A stretch of DNA of 64,000 nt, taken from NCBI GenBank assembly GCA_964470735.1, contig CAYYDX010000003.1:9319-73318 (forward strand). The letters run 5' to 3'. Numbering within the stretch: position 1 is the first letter of the stretch; every line of letters starts with the position of its first letter. Positions 17,024-25,737 of this stretch are shown piece by piece. A program made the position numbers and the translations under genes. Origin of the DNA: an uncultured Anaerolineaceae bacterium (GTDB lineage: Bacteria > Chloroflexota > Dehalococcoidia > Tepidiformales > Tepidiformaceae). The notes below the pieces were generated by a model that had not been told where the DNA came from, ran no database searches, and saw nothing but the letters and a program-made list of their open reading frames with translations.

Positions 17024-17959
17024 ATGCGCCAGCCTCAGGTTCGCGTGGAGCCTCGCGAGTCCTCCATCGCCCTCTCCAGCCAGCTACTCTCTTCCCAGAA
17101 CGCCCTGCTCGCGGTCCAGGTTCTGACCCTGCTCGCCATGGCCGCAACTGTCGCGACGAAGGTCTGGCAGGACCACGCCTGGTTCGGATTCCTGCTGGTC
17201 GGCCTCGCCGTCGCCGCCTGGGCGCCCGAAGTCCGTCTTCGGCGCGAACGCACCTGGTGGTTCGCGTTCGTCGCCGGCATCTTCGCCTACACACTCCTCC
17301 GCTCCCTCGCCGACGAAACTACCATCCCCACACGAACGTCCTACCCTATCCGCTTCGACCGCTTCCTGTTCCTCGGCACGGACCCGATCCAGTGGCTGCA
17401 GGACCGCTTCTTCGAGGTCAGCAGCGTGTCCGCGCTCGACCTCTTCTCCGTTGCGATGCACTGGTCGTTCTTCATCGCCCCCTACGCCATGGCCGTCGCA
17501 ATCTTCTGGCGCCGTCGAAAGCTGTTCCCGCGCTACGTCGCCGTGGTGGTGGGAACCATGTACCTCGGGCTGCTGCTCTTTTTCCTGGTGCCCACATCAC
17601 CGCCGTGGCTCGCAGCGCAGCATGGCCAACTCGCAGGCGTCTACCGCGTGATGGACTTCGTCGGTGGCAGCGTCGACCGGCAGACCTACCAGTCGTTCTA
17701 CGCCTCGCTGGCCGAACCGAACTCCGTGGCTGCCATGCCGTCCATCCACGAAGGTGTCACCTTCGCCATGTTCCTCTGGGCGCGCGAATACTCGAAGCGC
17801 CTCTCCTGGGCGCTCCTCGCGTACGCCGTCCTCATGGGTCTGAGCCTCATGTATCTCGGCGAACACTACCTGCTCGACCTGGTCGCCGGCGTGGCCTGTG
17901 CTCTCATCGCGTGGTGGGCCGCGCGCCGGTTCGTGAGTGCACCACAGGCCGCAAGCTAG
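17024..17959 (+). CDS. PAP2-superfamily membrane protein (PAP2_C / phosphotransferase-like)
   Basis: Multiple TM segments. PAP2 C2/C3 motifs are present (PSIHEG and GEHYLLDLVAG). No clear C1 KxxxxxxRP motif. The start is uncertain. Confidence 0.8.
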   Translation: MRQPQVRVEPRESSIALSSQLLSSQNALLAVQVLTLLAMAATVATKVWQDHAWFGFLLVGLAVAAWAPEVRLRRERTWWFAFVAGIFAYTLLRSLADETTIPTRTSYPIRFDRFLFLGTDPIQWLQDRFFEVSSVSALDLFSVAMHWSFFIAPYAMAVAIFWRRRKLFPRYVAVVVGTMYLGLLLFFLVPTSPPWLAAQHGQLAGVYRVMDFVGGSVDRQTYQSFYASLAEPNSVAAMPSIHEGVTFAMFLWAREYSKRLSWALLAYAVLMGLSLMYLGEHYLLDLVAGVACALIAWWAARRFVSAPQAAS

Positions 17960-18756
17960 GCCGCCCGCCGGTACAGGTTCGTCCCCGCCGACTTAAAGCC
18001 AATGTCGGCCGACCGCATGATCATCTCGCTACCGCCGATGAAGAGCAGTCCACCCGGCCGCAGGGCCTTCGAAAACCCGCGATAGATGTGGTTCTTCGCC
18101 TCATCGGTGAAGTAGATGACGACGTTCCGGCAGAGGATCACGTCGACGTCCTGCGGGTAGGCGTCGCTTAGCAGGTCCTGGCGGCGGAACGTGATGCGAC
18201 GTTTTAGTTCGTCTGTGACGCGGAACGTCCCGTCGGCGTCCTGCGCCAGGTACTTCTTCGCCAGCGCCGGCGGCACCGAGCGAACTTCCGACGGGAAGTA
18301 GCCCGTACCCTCGCGCGCCCGGTTCAGGATCGGCATGTCGACGTCGGTCGCGAGGATCGAGTGGCTGCCCCGCGGGTCCAACTCGTTCAGGATCATCGCT
18401 AGCGAGTACGGCTCACAGCCGATGGAACACCCGGCGCTCCAGAACTTCAGCGTCTTCCGCTCCTTCAACAGGTTCGGAATCCACGTGTTCTGCAACTCCA
18501 GGAAGCGCTCCGGCTGCCGCCAGAACTCGCTGACGTTGATGGTCAACGTGTCGCGCACGTCGCCAAGCAGCTTCGCATCGGAGGCGATCGCCTTCTGGAA
18601 CTCCGGCCACCCGGCAATCGAATTGCGCTGCATCAGGCTGGCCAGTCGCCGCTTCATCTGCGGCTCCTTGTACTGGCCGAGCGGTACGCCGATGGCGCGC
18701 TCCAGCGCCTGCCGGAACGCGAGCCATTCGCGGTCGAGGGGTGCTTCGCTCGTCAT
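17956..18756 (-). CDS. cheR: Chemotaxis protein methyltransferase CheR
   Basis: The start is trimmed to ATG 18756 (ATGA overlap with the cheB stop). Motifs: INVSEFWRQPERF, FWSAGCSIGCEPYSLAM, ILCRNVVIYF. Confidence 0.92.
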   Translation of the reverse strand: MTSEAPLDREWLAFRQALERAIGVPLGQYKEPQMKRRLASLMQRNSIAGWPEFQKAIASDAKLLGDVRDTLTINVSEFWRQPERFLELQNTWIPNLLKERKTLKFWSAGCSIGCEPYSLAMILNELDPRGSHSILATDVDMPILNRAREGTGYFPSEVRSVPPALAKKYLAQDADGTFRVTDELKRRITFRRQDLLSDAYPQDVDVILCRNVVIYFTDEAKNHIYRGFSKALRPGGLLFIGGSEMIMRSADIGFKSAGTNLYRRAA

Positions 18757-19847
18757 CGTGCGCCTCGCAAAGCGGGGATCGTGGCGACGAGCGTCGCGGC
18801 CACCCTGGTCAGCGGAACCTGCTGTGCATGCTGTGTGCGCTCCATGGTCACGCGTGGCATGCCATAGACCACGCACGAAGCTTCGTCCTGTGCGATCACT
18901 TTGCCTCCAGCGGCTTCGAGTTTTGCTGCGCCGTCGGCGCCGTCTTTCCCCATCCCCGTCAGGATGGCGACACTGGCGGCGCGCCCGTAGACCTGCGCCA
19001 CCGAATCGAGCGTGATGTCGACACTCGGCCGAACGCCGTGCAACGTCGGTCCCTGGTCGAGGTGGAGCCGTTTTTCGCGCGTCACCACCAGGTGGTAGTC
19101 GCCCGGCGCCACGTAGCACGTCCCGGCCACGAGCGTGTCGCCTTCGCGCGCCTCCGCCACGTGCAGCGGCGAGAGCGAGTCGAGGCGGCGTGCGAGCGCG
19201 TTCGTGAATCCCGCTGGCATGTGCTGGACGATGACGACCGCTGCCGGGATGTCCCCCGGGATGTGCGGCACGACTTCGGTCAGCGCCGGCGGCCCGCCCG
19301 TGGACGAACCGATAACGAGCAGGCAGTTAGCAGGCGCCCCCCCGGTTGGCTTCGGCGTAGGCGCCGCGGTCAGGCCTGCCGGCCGATGAAGCGCGGTGAC
19401 GAGCCCCGGCCGCCGTCGCTGGAGCCGCGCCACGCTTGCCCGGGTGACGGCTTCGCGTAGCTGTTCGCCAACGTTCACGAGGTCCATGCTCATGCCGCTC
19501 GGCTTGCCGACACAGTCGACGGCGCCGGCTTCGAGCGCACGAATCGCGGTCGCCGTGCCTTCGGAGGTGAGCGTCGAGACCATCACGATGGGTGTCGGGA
19601 CAGCCTGCATGATCTCGCCCACGGCAGAAACGCCATCCATGCGGGGCATCTCGACGTCCATGGTGATCACGTCGGGCCGGAGTTCGAGCGCGCGCTTGAC
19701 TGCTTCGACACCGTCGCTCGCAGTGCCGATCACCGAGACGCCAGGCTGTGCAGTCAGGATCCGTTCGACCGCGCGCCGCATGAACGCGGAGTCATCGACG
19801 ATGAGCACCCGGATCGGCCGGGCGGTTGATGTTGCCGGGGACGACAT
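18753..19847 (-). CDS. cheB: Protein-glutamate methylesterase/deamidase CheB
   Basis: N-terminal receiver domain (IRVLIVDDSAFMRR...ITMDVEMPRMDG) and C-terminal methylesterase (IGSSTGGP...VQHMPAGFT). Confidence 0.95.
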   Translation of the reverse strand: MSSPATSTARPIRVLIVDDSAFMRRAVERILTAQPGVSVIGTASDGVEAVKRALELRPDVITMDVEMPRMDGVSAVGEIMQAVPTPIVMVSTLTSEGTATAIRALEAGAVDCVGKPSGMSMDLVNVGEQLREAVTRASVARLQRRRPGLVTALHRPAGLTAAPTPKPTGGAPANCLLVIGSSTGGPPALTEVVPHIPGDIPAAVVIVQHMPAGFTNALARRLDSLSPLHVAEAREGDTLVAGTCYVAPGDYHLVVTREKRLHLDQGPTLHGVRPSVDITLDSVAQVYGRAASVAILTGMGKDGADGAAKLEAAGGKVIAQDEASCVVYGMPRVTMERTQHAQQVPLTRVAATLVATIPALRGAR

Positions 19848-19856
19848 GGAGCCCTC

Positions 19857-20213
19857 CTAGGCGCAGAGCTTGCTGACGGCCGCGAGCACCCGGTCGCCCT
19901 CGCAGGGCTTCACCAGGAAGTCCTTTGCGCCGCTCTTCACGGCCTCGAGGACGATCTGCTGCTGGCCGAGCGCGGTGACCATGGCGACGCGCGCCTGCGG
20001 GTCGTGTCCGCGAATCTCCTTCAGCGCCGAGAGTCCGTCCATCTCCGGCATCGTGATGTCCATCAGGACAGCGTCCGGCTTCGAAGCCTTGTACTTCTCC
20101 ACAGCCTCGAGGCCGTTCTCCGCCTGGATCACTTCGTAGCCCGCTTCGCTAAGGATCTTCGACATCCGCATCCGCATGAACGCTGCGTCATCGACCACAA
20201 GAATTGTTGCCAT
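19857..20213 (-). CDS. cheY: Chemotaxis response regulator CheY
   Basis: 118-aa single receiver domain: ILVVDDAAFMR...LMDITMPEMDG...KDFLVKP. Confidence 0.95.
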   Translation of the reverse strand: MATILVVDDAAFMRMRMSKILSEAGYEVIQAENGLEAVEKYKASKPDAVLMDITMPEMDGLSALKEIRGHDPQARVAMVTALGQQQIVLEAVKSGAKDFLVKPCEGDRVLAAVSKLCA

Positions 20214-20224
20214 CTGAGGCCTCC

Positions 20225-20731
20225 CTACAGTTCATTGGCCGGTGAAGCCGCGGTACGGACGAACGTCTTGCCTGTGGCCGGGTGCAACTCGAGGGTTCGC
20301 CCTTTCGTGCCCCCGATATCCGTTGCGGCCGGGACGATCCCGTGTCGCTTCAACCGTTCTTTAATGGCATCGGCATTCCGCTCGCCGATCTTGAACTTTT
20401 CCGCGTTCGCCGGGCCGAGCACAGCGGCTCCGCCCGCGATCTTCACGATGAGCCTGCGGCCGGATGCGCCAGCTTCGGCCAGGCGCGCCACAAGCAGGTC
20501 GATCCCGGTGTCGGCGAACCGTGCCGGCTCGCGTTCGTCGGGCCGTCGTCCATCAGCGCTCGGCAGCAGAATGTGCGCCAGGCCCGCGACCTTCGTCTGC
20601 GGGTCGAAGCAGCTCACACCGATGCACGAACCCAGCCCGTACGCCACCAGCAGCTCTCCCGGATTGCGGGTGATGGCGAGCTGGCCAATGCCAACGGAGA
20701 CCCGTTTCGCATCGGCGGATGGCGATGTCAC
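20225..20731 (-). CDS. cheD: Chemoreceptor glutamine deamidase CheD
   Basis: The start is trimmed to GTG 20731 (GTGA overlap with the cheC stop). Motifs: GLGSCIGV, AHILLP, KIAGGA. Confidence 0.9.
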   Translation of the reverse strand: MTSPSADAKRVSVGIGQLAITRNPGELLVAYGLGSCIGVSCFDPQTKVAGLAHILLPSADGRRPDEREPARFADTGIDLLVARLAEAGASGRRLIVKIAGGAAVLGPANAEKFKIGERNADAIKERLKRHGIVPAATDIGGTKGRTLELHPATGKTFVRTAASPANEL

Positions 20732-21318
20732 GCGGCCACCCTCTGCAGCCGTTCGATCGAAACCGGGTCCGGCGCGACGATCAGCAGTCCCGCCGTCTGC
20801 CCGGTGTGGTCCTCGAAGATCGCGTCCATCATCACCACATCGCCGCCCTGCGAGAGCACCTCCGCGTAGACCGATTCCACCAGTGCGATCGCCATGTCGC
20901 TGAGCACCGTCGGCGGGCTTGGATGCAGGATCAGGTTCACATGGTCGGCAAGCGCGTTGATGAACGCAGAACCGACGATGTTCCCCAGTTCTCCGATGGC
21001 CGATTCGGCGAGTTCGTCCGGCTCCGTGCTGGTCCCTACGGGCTGGCCGCACATGAGGTCGACGCACTCGAGCGCGCGTGGCACCGGGAAAAGGAGCATC
21101 ACGTGGCCGGTGATGTCTCCGCTGATGGAGAGGTACGCGCCGAGGACCGTCGCTTCCTCGCCACCAACAGCGTCGCAGGCGTCACTCTTGGTGCCACTGC
21201 GAACGTTCGGGACGTGGATCCGGATTTCTTGCCCCATCAGCCCGCTAAGGCCCCGGCCAGCCCGGAAGGCGCCATCTTTGGCCACCACCGAAAGTGTCTG
21301 GATCAAGTCATCATGCAT
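20728..21318 (-). CDS. cheC: CheC-family CheY-P phosphatase (second active-site motif intact, first degenerate)
   Basis: The start is trimmed to ATG 21318 with a GGAGGAG RBS. The second half has the CheC signature ESAIGELGNIVGSAF (E-x2-N). The equivalent N-terminal segment reads LSVVAKDGAFRAG and lacks E and N. Confidence 0.85.
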   Translation of the reverse strand: MHDDLIQTLSVVAKDGAFRAGRGLSGLMGQEIRIHVPNVRSGTKSDACDAVGGEEATVLGAYLSISGDITGHVMLLFPVPRALECVDLMCGQPVGTSTEPDELAESAIGELGNIVGSAFINALADHVNLILHPSPPTVLSDMAIALVESVYAEVLSQGGDVVMMDAIFEDHTGQTAGLLIVAPDPVSIERLQRVAA

Positions 21319-21416
21319 AACTGCTCCTCCGATTCCTGTTCGTCGCTCCCGCTCGACGGCCAAGCCGGGGTGGGGCCCCGGACGTCTCGAACGACCACGA
21401 ATTGCTCCGCGAAGTA

Positions 21417-23519
21417 TTAGGCGGTGGCCAGCATCGCCTGTTCGTTGACCAGGCTGGCTGTATCGACAATCAGCCCGAGCGAGCCGTCGCCGAGAATGGT
21501 CGCTCCGGTAATGCCCCGGCGGTTCCCGACGAGTTCCCCGAGCGACTTCACAACCACGTCCTGCTCCCCGAGCAGCCGATCCACCATGAAGGCCACCTGG
21601 CGGTCGCCATGGCGCGCGGCGACCACGAACCGGCCGAAGTCGATACCCTTCGGGCGCGTATCGCCGAGCGAGGCCGCCAGGTCCATCATTGGCAGCAGGC
21701 GCGAGCGCAGGCGCAGCGTCTTCATCCCATTTACGGAGTGGATATCGGCCTCGTGGTCGGCCAATGCTTCCGTCACCGAGACGAGCGGGATGGCGTAGAC
21801 AGTGTTGTTCGCCATGACCATCAGCGCCTTCGTCGTCGCCAGCGTGAGCGGAAGCTGGATGATCACTTCCGATCCCTGGCCCGGCGTGCTCTTGAGCGTG
21901 ATCTGCCCGTTGAGCCGCTCGATGTTGGTCCGGACGATATCCATCCCGACACCGCGCCCGGAAACGTCCGTCAGCTTCTCCGCGGTCGAAAGCCCGGGGA
22001 GGAAAATCCACTGGATCGCCTGGTCTTCACTGGCCGATTCCGCCGCCTCGCGCGACATCAGGCCCTTCTCGACGACCTTCTGCCGCAGGCGCTGGGTGTC
22101 GATTCCCTTGCCGTCATCCTTCACCGAGAGGTAGATGTACGTCTCCTGGTTCCACGCCGTGACCACCACGCTGCCCGTCTCTGGCTTGCCGGCCGCGCGC
22201 CGTTCCTCGGGCTTTTCGATACCGTGATCAACCGCGTTCCGCAGGATGTGGACGAGGGGGTCCGAAATCTCCTCGATGACTGAGCGGTCGAGCTCCGTCT
22301 CCTCGCCCGCCGTGACCAGCTCCACCTTCTTGCCGCACTTGGTGGCTACGTCGCGAACAAGCCGCGGCAGCCTCGTCAACACCGAACGCACCGGCAGCAT
22401 GCGGCTCCGCATGATTTGCTCCTGCAGTTCGTCGGTGACGCGTGCGAGATGGGAGGTCGTTTCTTCGAAGTTCTCCGTCAGTTCGGTCATATTCGCGTCC
22501 TTGAGGACGGCCGAGAGCTGTTCGCGGATCTGCTGGAGCCGGGTCCGGTCGATTACCAGCTCGCCCACGAGGTTCATCAGGTCGTCGAGCCGCTCCACAT
22601 CGATGCGCACCGACTGGTTGGCGCTGCGCTTCGGCGCGCGCGCCGCCTCGGCGTTGTTCTCGACGATTGAGAGCTGAGGCTTGTCCGGCGTTGCCACCGC
22701 CGCGGGCGCCGCCGCATCCGCGAAGCCAGGAATCGGGCTAGCCACCTGCTCGGCGGGAATGCTCTTCACGAGCACCTTCGCCACATCAGAGACGACACTA
22801 ATTGCGGCTTGAGCCTGTTCCTCGGTCTGCTTCGACAACAGAGCGGCCGTGAGCTTGAACTCGCCGCCGCCTGCTTCGATGACGTCCCGGTCTGGCCAGG
22901 TCTGCAGTGCCGTCCCGAGTGCGTCCAGCTCCTGGAGCACCTGGAATCCGCGAATCGACGGCAACTGGCACTCCGGGTCGATGTGCACTTCGACGATATA
23001 GCAAAGGTTGCCCTCGCCGACGCCTTCAAGCGCCGCCTGGACGGCGTCCTCGCTGAGCGCGTATCCGTCGCCGGCGCCGGTTGAGGCAAGGGTGGCTTCG
23101 TCCGGTTCGTGCGCCTCGAGCACCGCATGCAGGTCGGCCTCGAGTCCGCTCGTCTCGATGCCCGAATCGACCCGTGTGATCACCTCGTTGGCCAGGATGC
23201 GAAGCGCGTCGAGGCCCGCGAGCAGCGCATCGACCACTTCCGATGTTGGCGTCCGGCGGCCCTGGCGAACCGCGTCGAGCACCGTCTCCATGGCGTGCGT
23301 CAGGCTTGCCATCTTCTTGTGGCCGATGGTCGCGCTGGAGCCCTTGAGGGTGTGCGCGGCCCGGAAAATCTGTTGCAGCAGCTCGGGCTCGGGTTCCCCT
23401 TCGAGCTGGACAAGGCAGGTGTCGAGGAGCTCCAACTGTTCGTCGGCTTCCTCGCAGAACAGCTTCAGGTCGTCGTCGTCCAGTTCGAACTGCAGTCGTT
23501 GGCCCTTGGTCGTTGCCAT
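21417..23519 (-). CDS. cheA: Chemotaxis histidine kinase CheA
   Basis: 700 aa. HPt domain with AAHTLKGSSATIG, a kinase core (HILRNAVDHG, GRGVGMD), and a C-terminal CheW-like domain. Confidence 0.95.
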   Translation of the reverse strand: MATTKGQRLQFELDDDDLKLFCEEADEQLELLDTCLVQLEGEPEPELLQQIFRAAHTLKGSSATIGHKKMASLTHAMETVLDAVRQGRRTPTSEVVDALLAGLDALRILANEVITRVDSGIETSGLEADLHAVLEAHEPDEATLASTGAGDGYALSEDAVQAALEGVGEGNLCYIVEVHIDPECQLPSIRGFQVLQELDALGTALQTWPDRDVIEAGGGEFKLTAALLSKQTEEQAQAAISVVSDVAKVLVKSIPAEQVASPIPGFADAAAPAAVATPDKPQLSIVENNAEAARAPKRSANQSVRIDVERLDDLMNLVGELVIDRTRLQQIREQLSAVLKDANMTELTENFEETTSHLARVTDELQEQIMRSRMLPVRSVLTRLPRLVRDVATKCGKKVELVTAGEETELDRSVIEEISDPLVHILRNAVDHGIEKPEERRAAGKPETGSVVVTAWNQETYIYLSVKDDGKGIDTQRLRQKVVEKGLMSREAAESASEDQAIQWIFLPGLSTAEKLTDVSGRGVGMDIVRTNIERLNGQITLKSTPGQGSEVIIQLPLTLATTKALMVMANNTVYAIPLVSVTEALADHEADIHSVNGMKTLRLRSRLLPMMDLAASLGDTRPKGIDFGRFVVAARHGDRQVAFMVDRLLGEQDVVVKSLGELVGNRRGITGATILGDGSLGLIVDTASLVNEQAMLATA

Positions 23520-23574
23520 GCGGCGGCGCTCCTCGCGATAAGAGGTCGGGTTGTGTAAAGAACGAAGTACGCTC

Positions 23575-24081
23575 TTAGGCGGCGGCGCTGGCGAACTCGA
23601 ACTCGCCCTCGCTGTTCGAAGGCAGCACGCCCTCGAGGTCCATCAAGGAGACCAGGCGGTCTTCGAGCTTTGCGATGCCGCGCAGATACGTGTTCTCCGG
23701 CACCGACACGATCGAGCTCGGCAGTTCGACCTGCTCGCCCGGAATCCGCATAACCTCGGAAACCGCATCGACGATCAGCCCAACCATGCCCCCAGCGCTG
23801 CTGACCACGACGATGCGGGTCTCCGCGCTGTACTCGCCGGCGTCCACGCCGCAGCGCTTGCGCAGGTCGATAACTGGCACCACCCGGCCGCGGAGGTTCG
23901 TGATCCCCTCGACCCAGAAGTCGGAGCCCGGAATCGATGTAATCGTCTGCATCCGGACGATCTCCTGGACCGTCTGGATGTTCAGCGCGTAGTACTCCTC
24001 GGCGAGCCGGAAGATGACGACATGCTCCTCGGCGTCGACCGGACCCGCGGTCTCGATCACTGCATCGGTTTTCGCTGCCAC
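23575..24081 (-). CDS. cheW: Chemotaxis coupling protein CheW
   Basis: CheW domain: FRLAEEYYALNIQTVQEIV...NLRGRVVPVIDLRKR. The start is set at GTG 24081, preceded by AGGGGAGGG at good spacing. ATG 24165 is the alternative. Confidence 0.9.
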   Translation of the reverse strand: MAAKTDAVIETAGPVDAEEHVVIFRLAEEYYALNIQTVQEIVRMQTITSIPGSDFWVEGITNLRGRVVPVIDLRKRCGVDAGEYSAETRIVVVSSAGGMVGLIVDAVSEVMRIPGEQVELPSSIVSVPENTYLRGIAKLEDRLVSLMDLEGVLPSNSEGEFEFASAAA

Positions 24082-24240
24082 TGGCGAACCCTCCCCTGGT
24101 AGTTCCCGGGCGGCTTTCGGCCCGGCGTTTCCTAAAGGTACGAGTCGAACCTTCGTCCGCAGCATCGGACGAGCCCCCACAAACGCGTCGGGATTCCCCT
24201 GACCTGCACTGGTGACAGGAGGGAGGCGAGCACGGGGATC

Positions 24241-24269
24241 TAGGGAATCCACCCATACCGTGCCGATAG
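24241..24269 (+). promoter_or_regulatory. Weak candidate sigma-28 (FliA)-type promoter upstream of fliM
   Basis: GCCGATAG (24262-24269) matches 7 of 8 positions of the -10 consensus GCCGATAA and lies 34 nt upstream of the fliM GTG. The -35 region (CTAGGGAA) fits TAAA poorly. Confidence 0.25.
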
Positions 24270-24302
24270 TCTGATTAGGGAGACTGGCCCCGGGAGTTAC
24301 GT

Positions 24303-25349
24303 GTGGCTTCGGAAAACGCCGTCCTCAGTCAACGCGAAATCGATGCGCTGCTCAACGCCGACGTCAGCCAACTCGACGCCGAGTCGGTTGTGGCCATGCC
24401 CGTGCCTGTCGCGAAAGAAGTGGGTCGCAAAATCAAGCCCTACGACTTCCGCCATCCAGAGAAGCTCTCGAAAGAGCAGTTGCGCGGCCTCCAGATCATC
24501 CAGCAAGGAGTCGCCGGGGCTGTTGCCGCCAACTTCAGCGGCCGGCTCCGCGCCCCCGTCGAAGCACGCCTCAGCGCTCTCGAACGCGGCATCTATGAGG
24601 AGTACGTCGCCCAGATCGGCACGTCGTCCATCGTCGTCATCATTGATATGTCGCCGCTCCAGGGGTACGCCGTCGCCGCCTTCGGTCTCGATGTCGCCTT
24701 TGGCATCATCGACCGGCTCCTCGGTGGAAAAGGGAAGAAGAACGCGCGCGTCTTCAACCGCGACCTGACTGATATCGAACTGGCGCTCATCCGCCACATT
24801 GGCATGGACATCGCCCGCTCCCTTGTCGAGCCATGGGCGCGTGTTGTCGAACTCACGCCAGACGTCTCCGAACTGGCGCTCGGCCCTCAGGTCATGCACG
24901 CCATTCCGCCGAGCGAGTTCGTTATCACCGCCTGGTACGAAATCCGCCTCGCCGAACAGACCGGCGGCATCTCACTCTGCTTCCCGTTGACCATCCTCGA
25001 GCAGATCCTCCCGAAGCTCACCGGGCAGAGCATCTTCGATAACCGGCCCCGCGGCGGAGGCCGCGAGGACACCCGTGTTCACGACGATCAGTTGCTACCC
25101 GTCGGCGTACGGCTGCGCGCCATGCTCGGCGACGCAAAGGTCGACGCCGTTGACCTCGCTAACCTCGCCCCTGGCGACGTGATCGTGCTCGACCACCTGG
25201 TCGAAAACCCGCTCCGTATCCTCGTCGGAAACTGCGAGCGATTCGCCGGCTTTCCCGGGACGAAGGGACGGAAGATGGCGCTACAGGTTTCGGGATTGGT
25301 TGACGATGATGGATGGGTGAAGAGCTTTGAGGATGCCGCCAATGAGTAA
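24303..25349 (+). CDS. fliM: Flagellar motor switch protein FliM
   Basis: N-terminal CheY-P binding peptide LSQREIDALL, a FliM middle domain, and a C-terminal FliN/SpoA-like domain (LAPGDVIVLD...). GTG start. Confidence 0.9.
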   Translation: MASENAVLSQREIDALLNADVSQLDAESVVAMPVPVAKEVGRKIKPYDFRHPEKLSKEQLRGLQIIQQGVAGAVAANFSGRLRAPVEARLSALERGIYEEYVAQIGTSSIVVIIDMSPLQGYAVAAFGLDVAFGIIDRLLGGKGKKNARVFNRDLTDIELALIRHIGMDIARSLVEPWARVVELTPDVSELALGPQVMHAIPPSEFVITAWYEIRLAEQTGGISLCFPLTILEQILPKLTGQSIFDNRPRGGGREDTRVHDDQLLPVGVRLRAMLGDAKVDAVDLANLAPGDVIVLDHLVENPLRILVGNCERFAGFPGTKGRKMALQVSGLVDDDGWVKSFEDAANE

Positions 25350-25692
25350 CGCCATCCCGATTCGCGCTGTTCTCATGTCCTCCGAAATCATGAACGGGGG
25401 CACCGGCTTCCATCGCCTCGTCTTCAAGGTCGATGGGGGCCGCTCTGGCATGTCCAGCGTCACCGTCATGATATCGCAGGATGCCCACCGGAAGCTGGTC
25501 ACACAGATGAGCCGCGCCCGCTTCCAACCAGTCGAAAAGACCGCGCTGCTGAAGACCTGGGCACGCTGGGAAATCGCCATGCGCCTCTCGGAGAAGGGTG
25601 TCCTTCCCGGGACAGTGACCATCACCGCTCGCGACATCGACGACTTCGGCGCCTACGCCAGTGACCTCGGCCGAACCCTCCAGGTCGGCTGA
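25342..25692 (+). CDS. Hypothetical protein (116 aa) between fliM and cheX
   Basis: ATG 25342 overlaps the fliM stop by 8 nt, with GAGGA 8 nt upstream. No family recognised: MSNAIPIRAVLMSSEIMNGGTGFHRLVFKVDGG... Confidence 0.55.
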   Translation: MSNAIPIRAVLMSSEIMNGGTGFHRLVFKVDGGRSGMSSVTVMISQDAHRKLVTQMSRARFQPVEKTALLKTWARWEIAMRLSEKGVLPGTVTITARDIDDFGAYASDLGRTLQVG

Positions 25693-25737
25693 TGCACCTA
25701 TTCGTCAACCACAGGCCGCCAATGGCGGGGAGGAAAC

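Noticed and set aside
21365-21381. ccgggg-tgggg-ccccgg hairpin between cheA and cheC as an internal terminator
   Set aside because: The stem is only 6 bp with no U-tract, and it lies inside an otherwise tightly coupled operon. Hairpins of this kind are common in GC-rich DNA.
24082-24252. N-terminal extension of the cheW ORF (57 extra codons)
   Set aside because: The extension (MDSLDPRARLPPVTSAGQGNPD...) is not CheW-like. A strong AGGGGAGGG RBS precedes the internal GTG 24081, which gives a normal 168-aa CheW.
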